A stretch of 62,297 nt of DNA, filler included. It is 6 parts of 6 records of this genome, joined end to end, with 100 filler letters (N's around TTAATTAATTAA, not from the genome) between each part and the next. Parts side by side here need not be neighbours in the genome. Positions count along the whole stretch, not along the records: positions 55,696 to 62,297 come from SRR31156797_7216; 5 more parts are not named here. One strand, given 5' to 3'. Shown here one piece after another: positions 62,271-62,297 of the stretch (position 1 is its first letter; every line of letters begins with the position of its first letter). The notes under the pieces are model-generated. The model was not told where the DNA came from. It did no database searches and was given only the letters and a program-made list of their open reading frames with translations. A program made the translations under genes and the position numbers.

Positions 62271-62297
62271 CATACGATGACTCAAAGTCATCGTATG
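62271..62297. repeat. Perfect 11-bp inverted repeat (REP-like) at window end
   Basis: catacgatgac-tcaaa-gtcatcgtatg. Confidence 0.65.

Overview
The window is not one locus. It is six unrelated contigs joined by five identical 100-bp artificial linkers (N-runs around TTAATTAATTAA, a stop in all six frames). Taxonomic calls are inferred from composition and protein style. (1) 1-9004, Bacteroidota-like: ABC-permease/M1-peptidase-like/golvesin-like fusion, TolC, an MFP and RND pumps. (2) 9105-16205, Desulfobacteraceae-like: an RHS/YD protein whose C-terminal domain has a Cys-His-Asp pattern and no adjacent immunity gene, imperfect repeats with a covarying palindrome, a 1337-aa FN3/Ca-binding/dockerin-like surface protein, a tyrosine-integrase remnant and a tRNA-Glu 3' end, which together look like a genomic island edge. 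(3) 16306-21974, clostridial-like Mo/W cofactor operon ending in a truncated Moco/Tuco-type RNA. (4) 22075-28878, Arcobacter-like housekeeping genes and a sensor kinase. (5) 28979-55595, Desulfobacterota-like: small 4-Cys proteins with a two-component system, glgP, ybaK, acyl-CoA ligase, ABC substrate-binding protein, a CPBP protease convergent with a GCFI-tailed beta-propeller protein, sigma54-preceded amtB-glnK, a double CDP-alcohol phosphotransferase, ccs genes, serS, a PBP, pyrG, pgeF and a large SRP RNA. (6) 55696-62297, Bacteroidota-like: rhaD, a compact IorA-like ThDP enzyme, a patatin-barrel protein and pyrH. The best candidates for undescribed systems are the RHS/dockerin-protein island and the GCFI-tail/CPBP sorting pair. 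No database searches were run.
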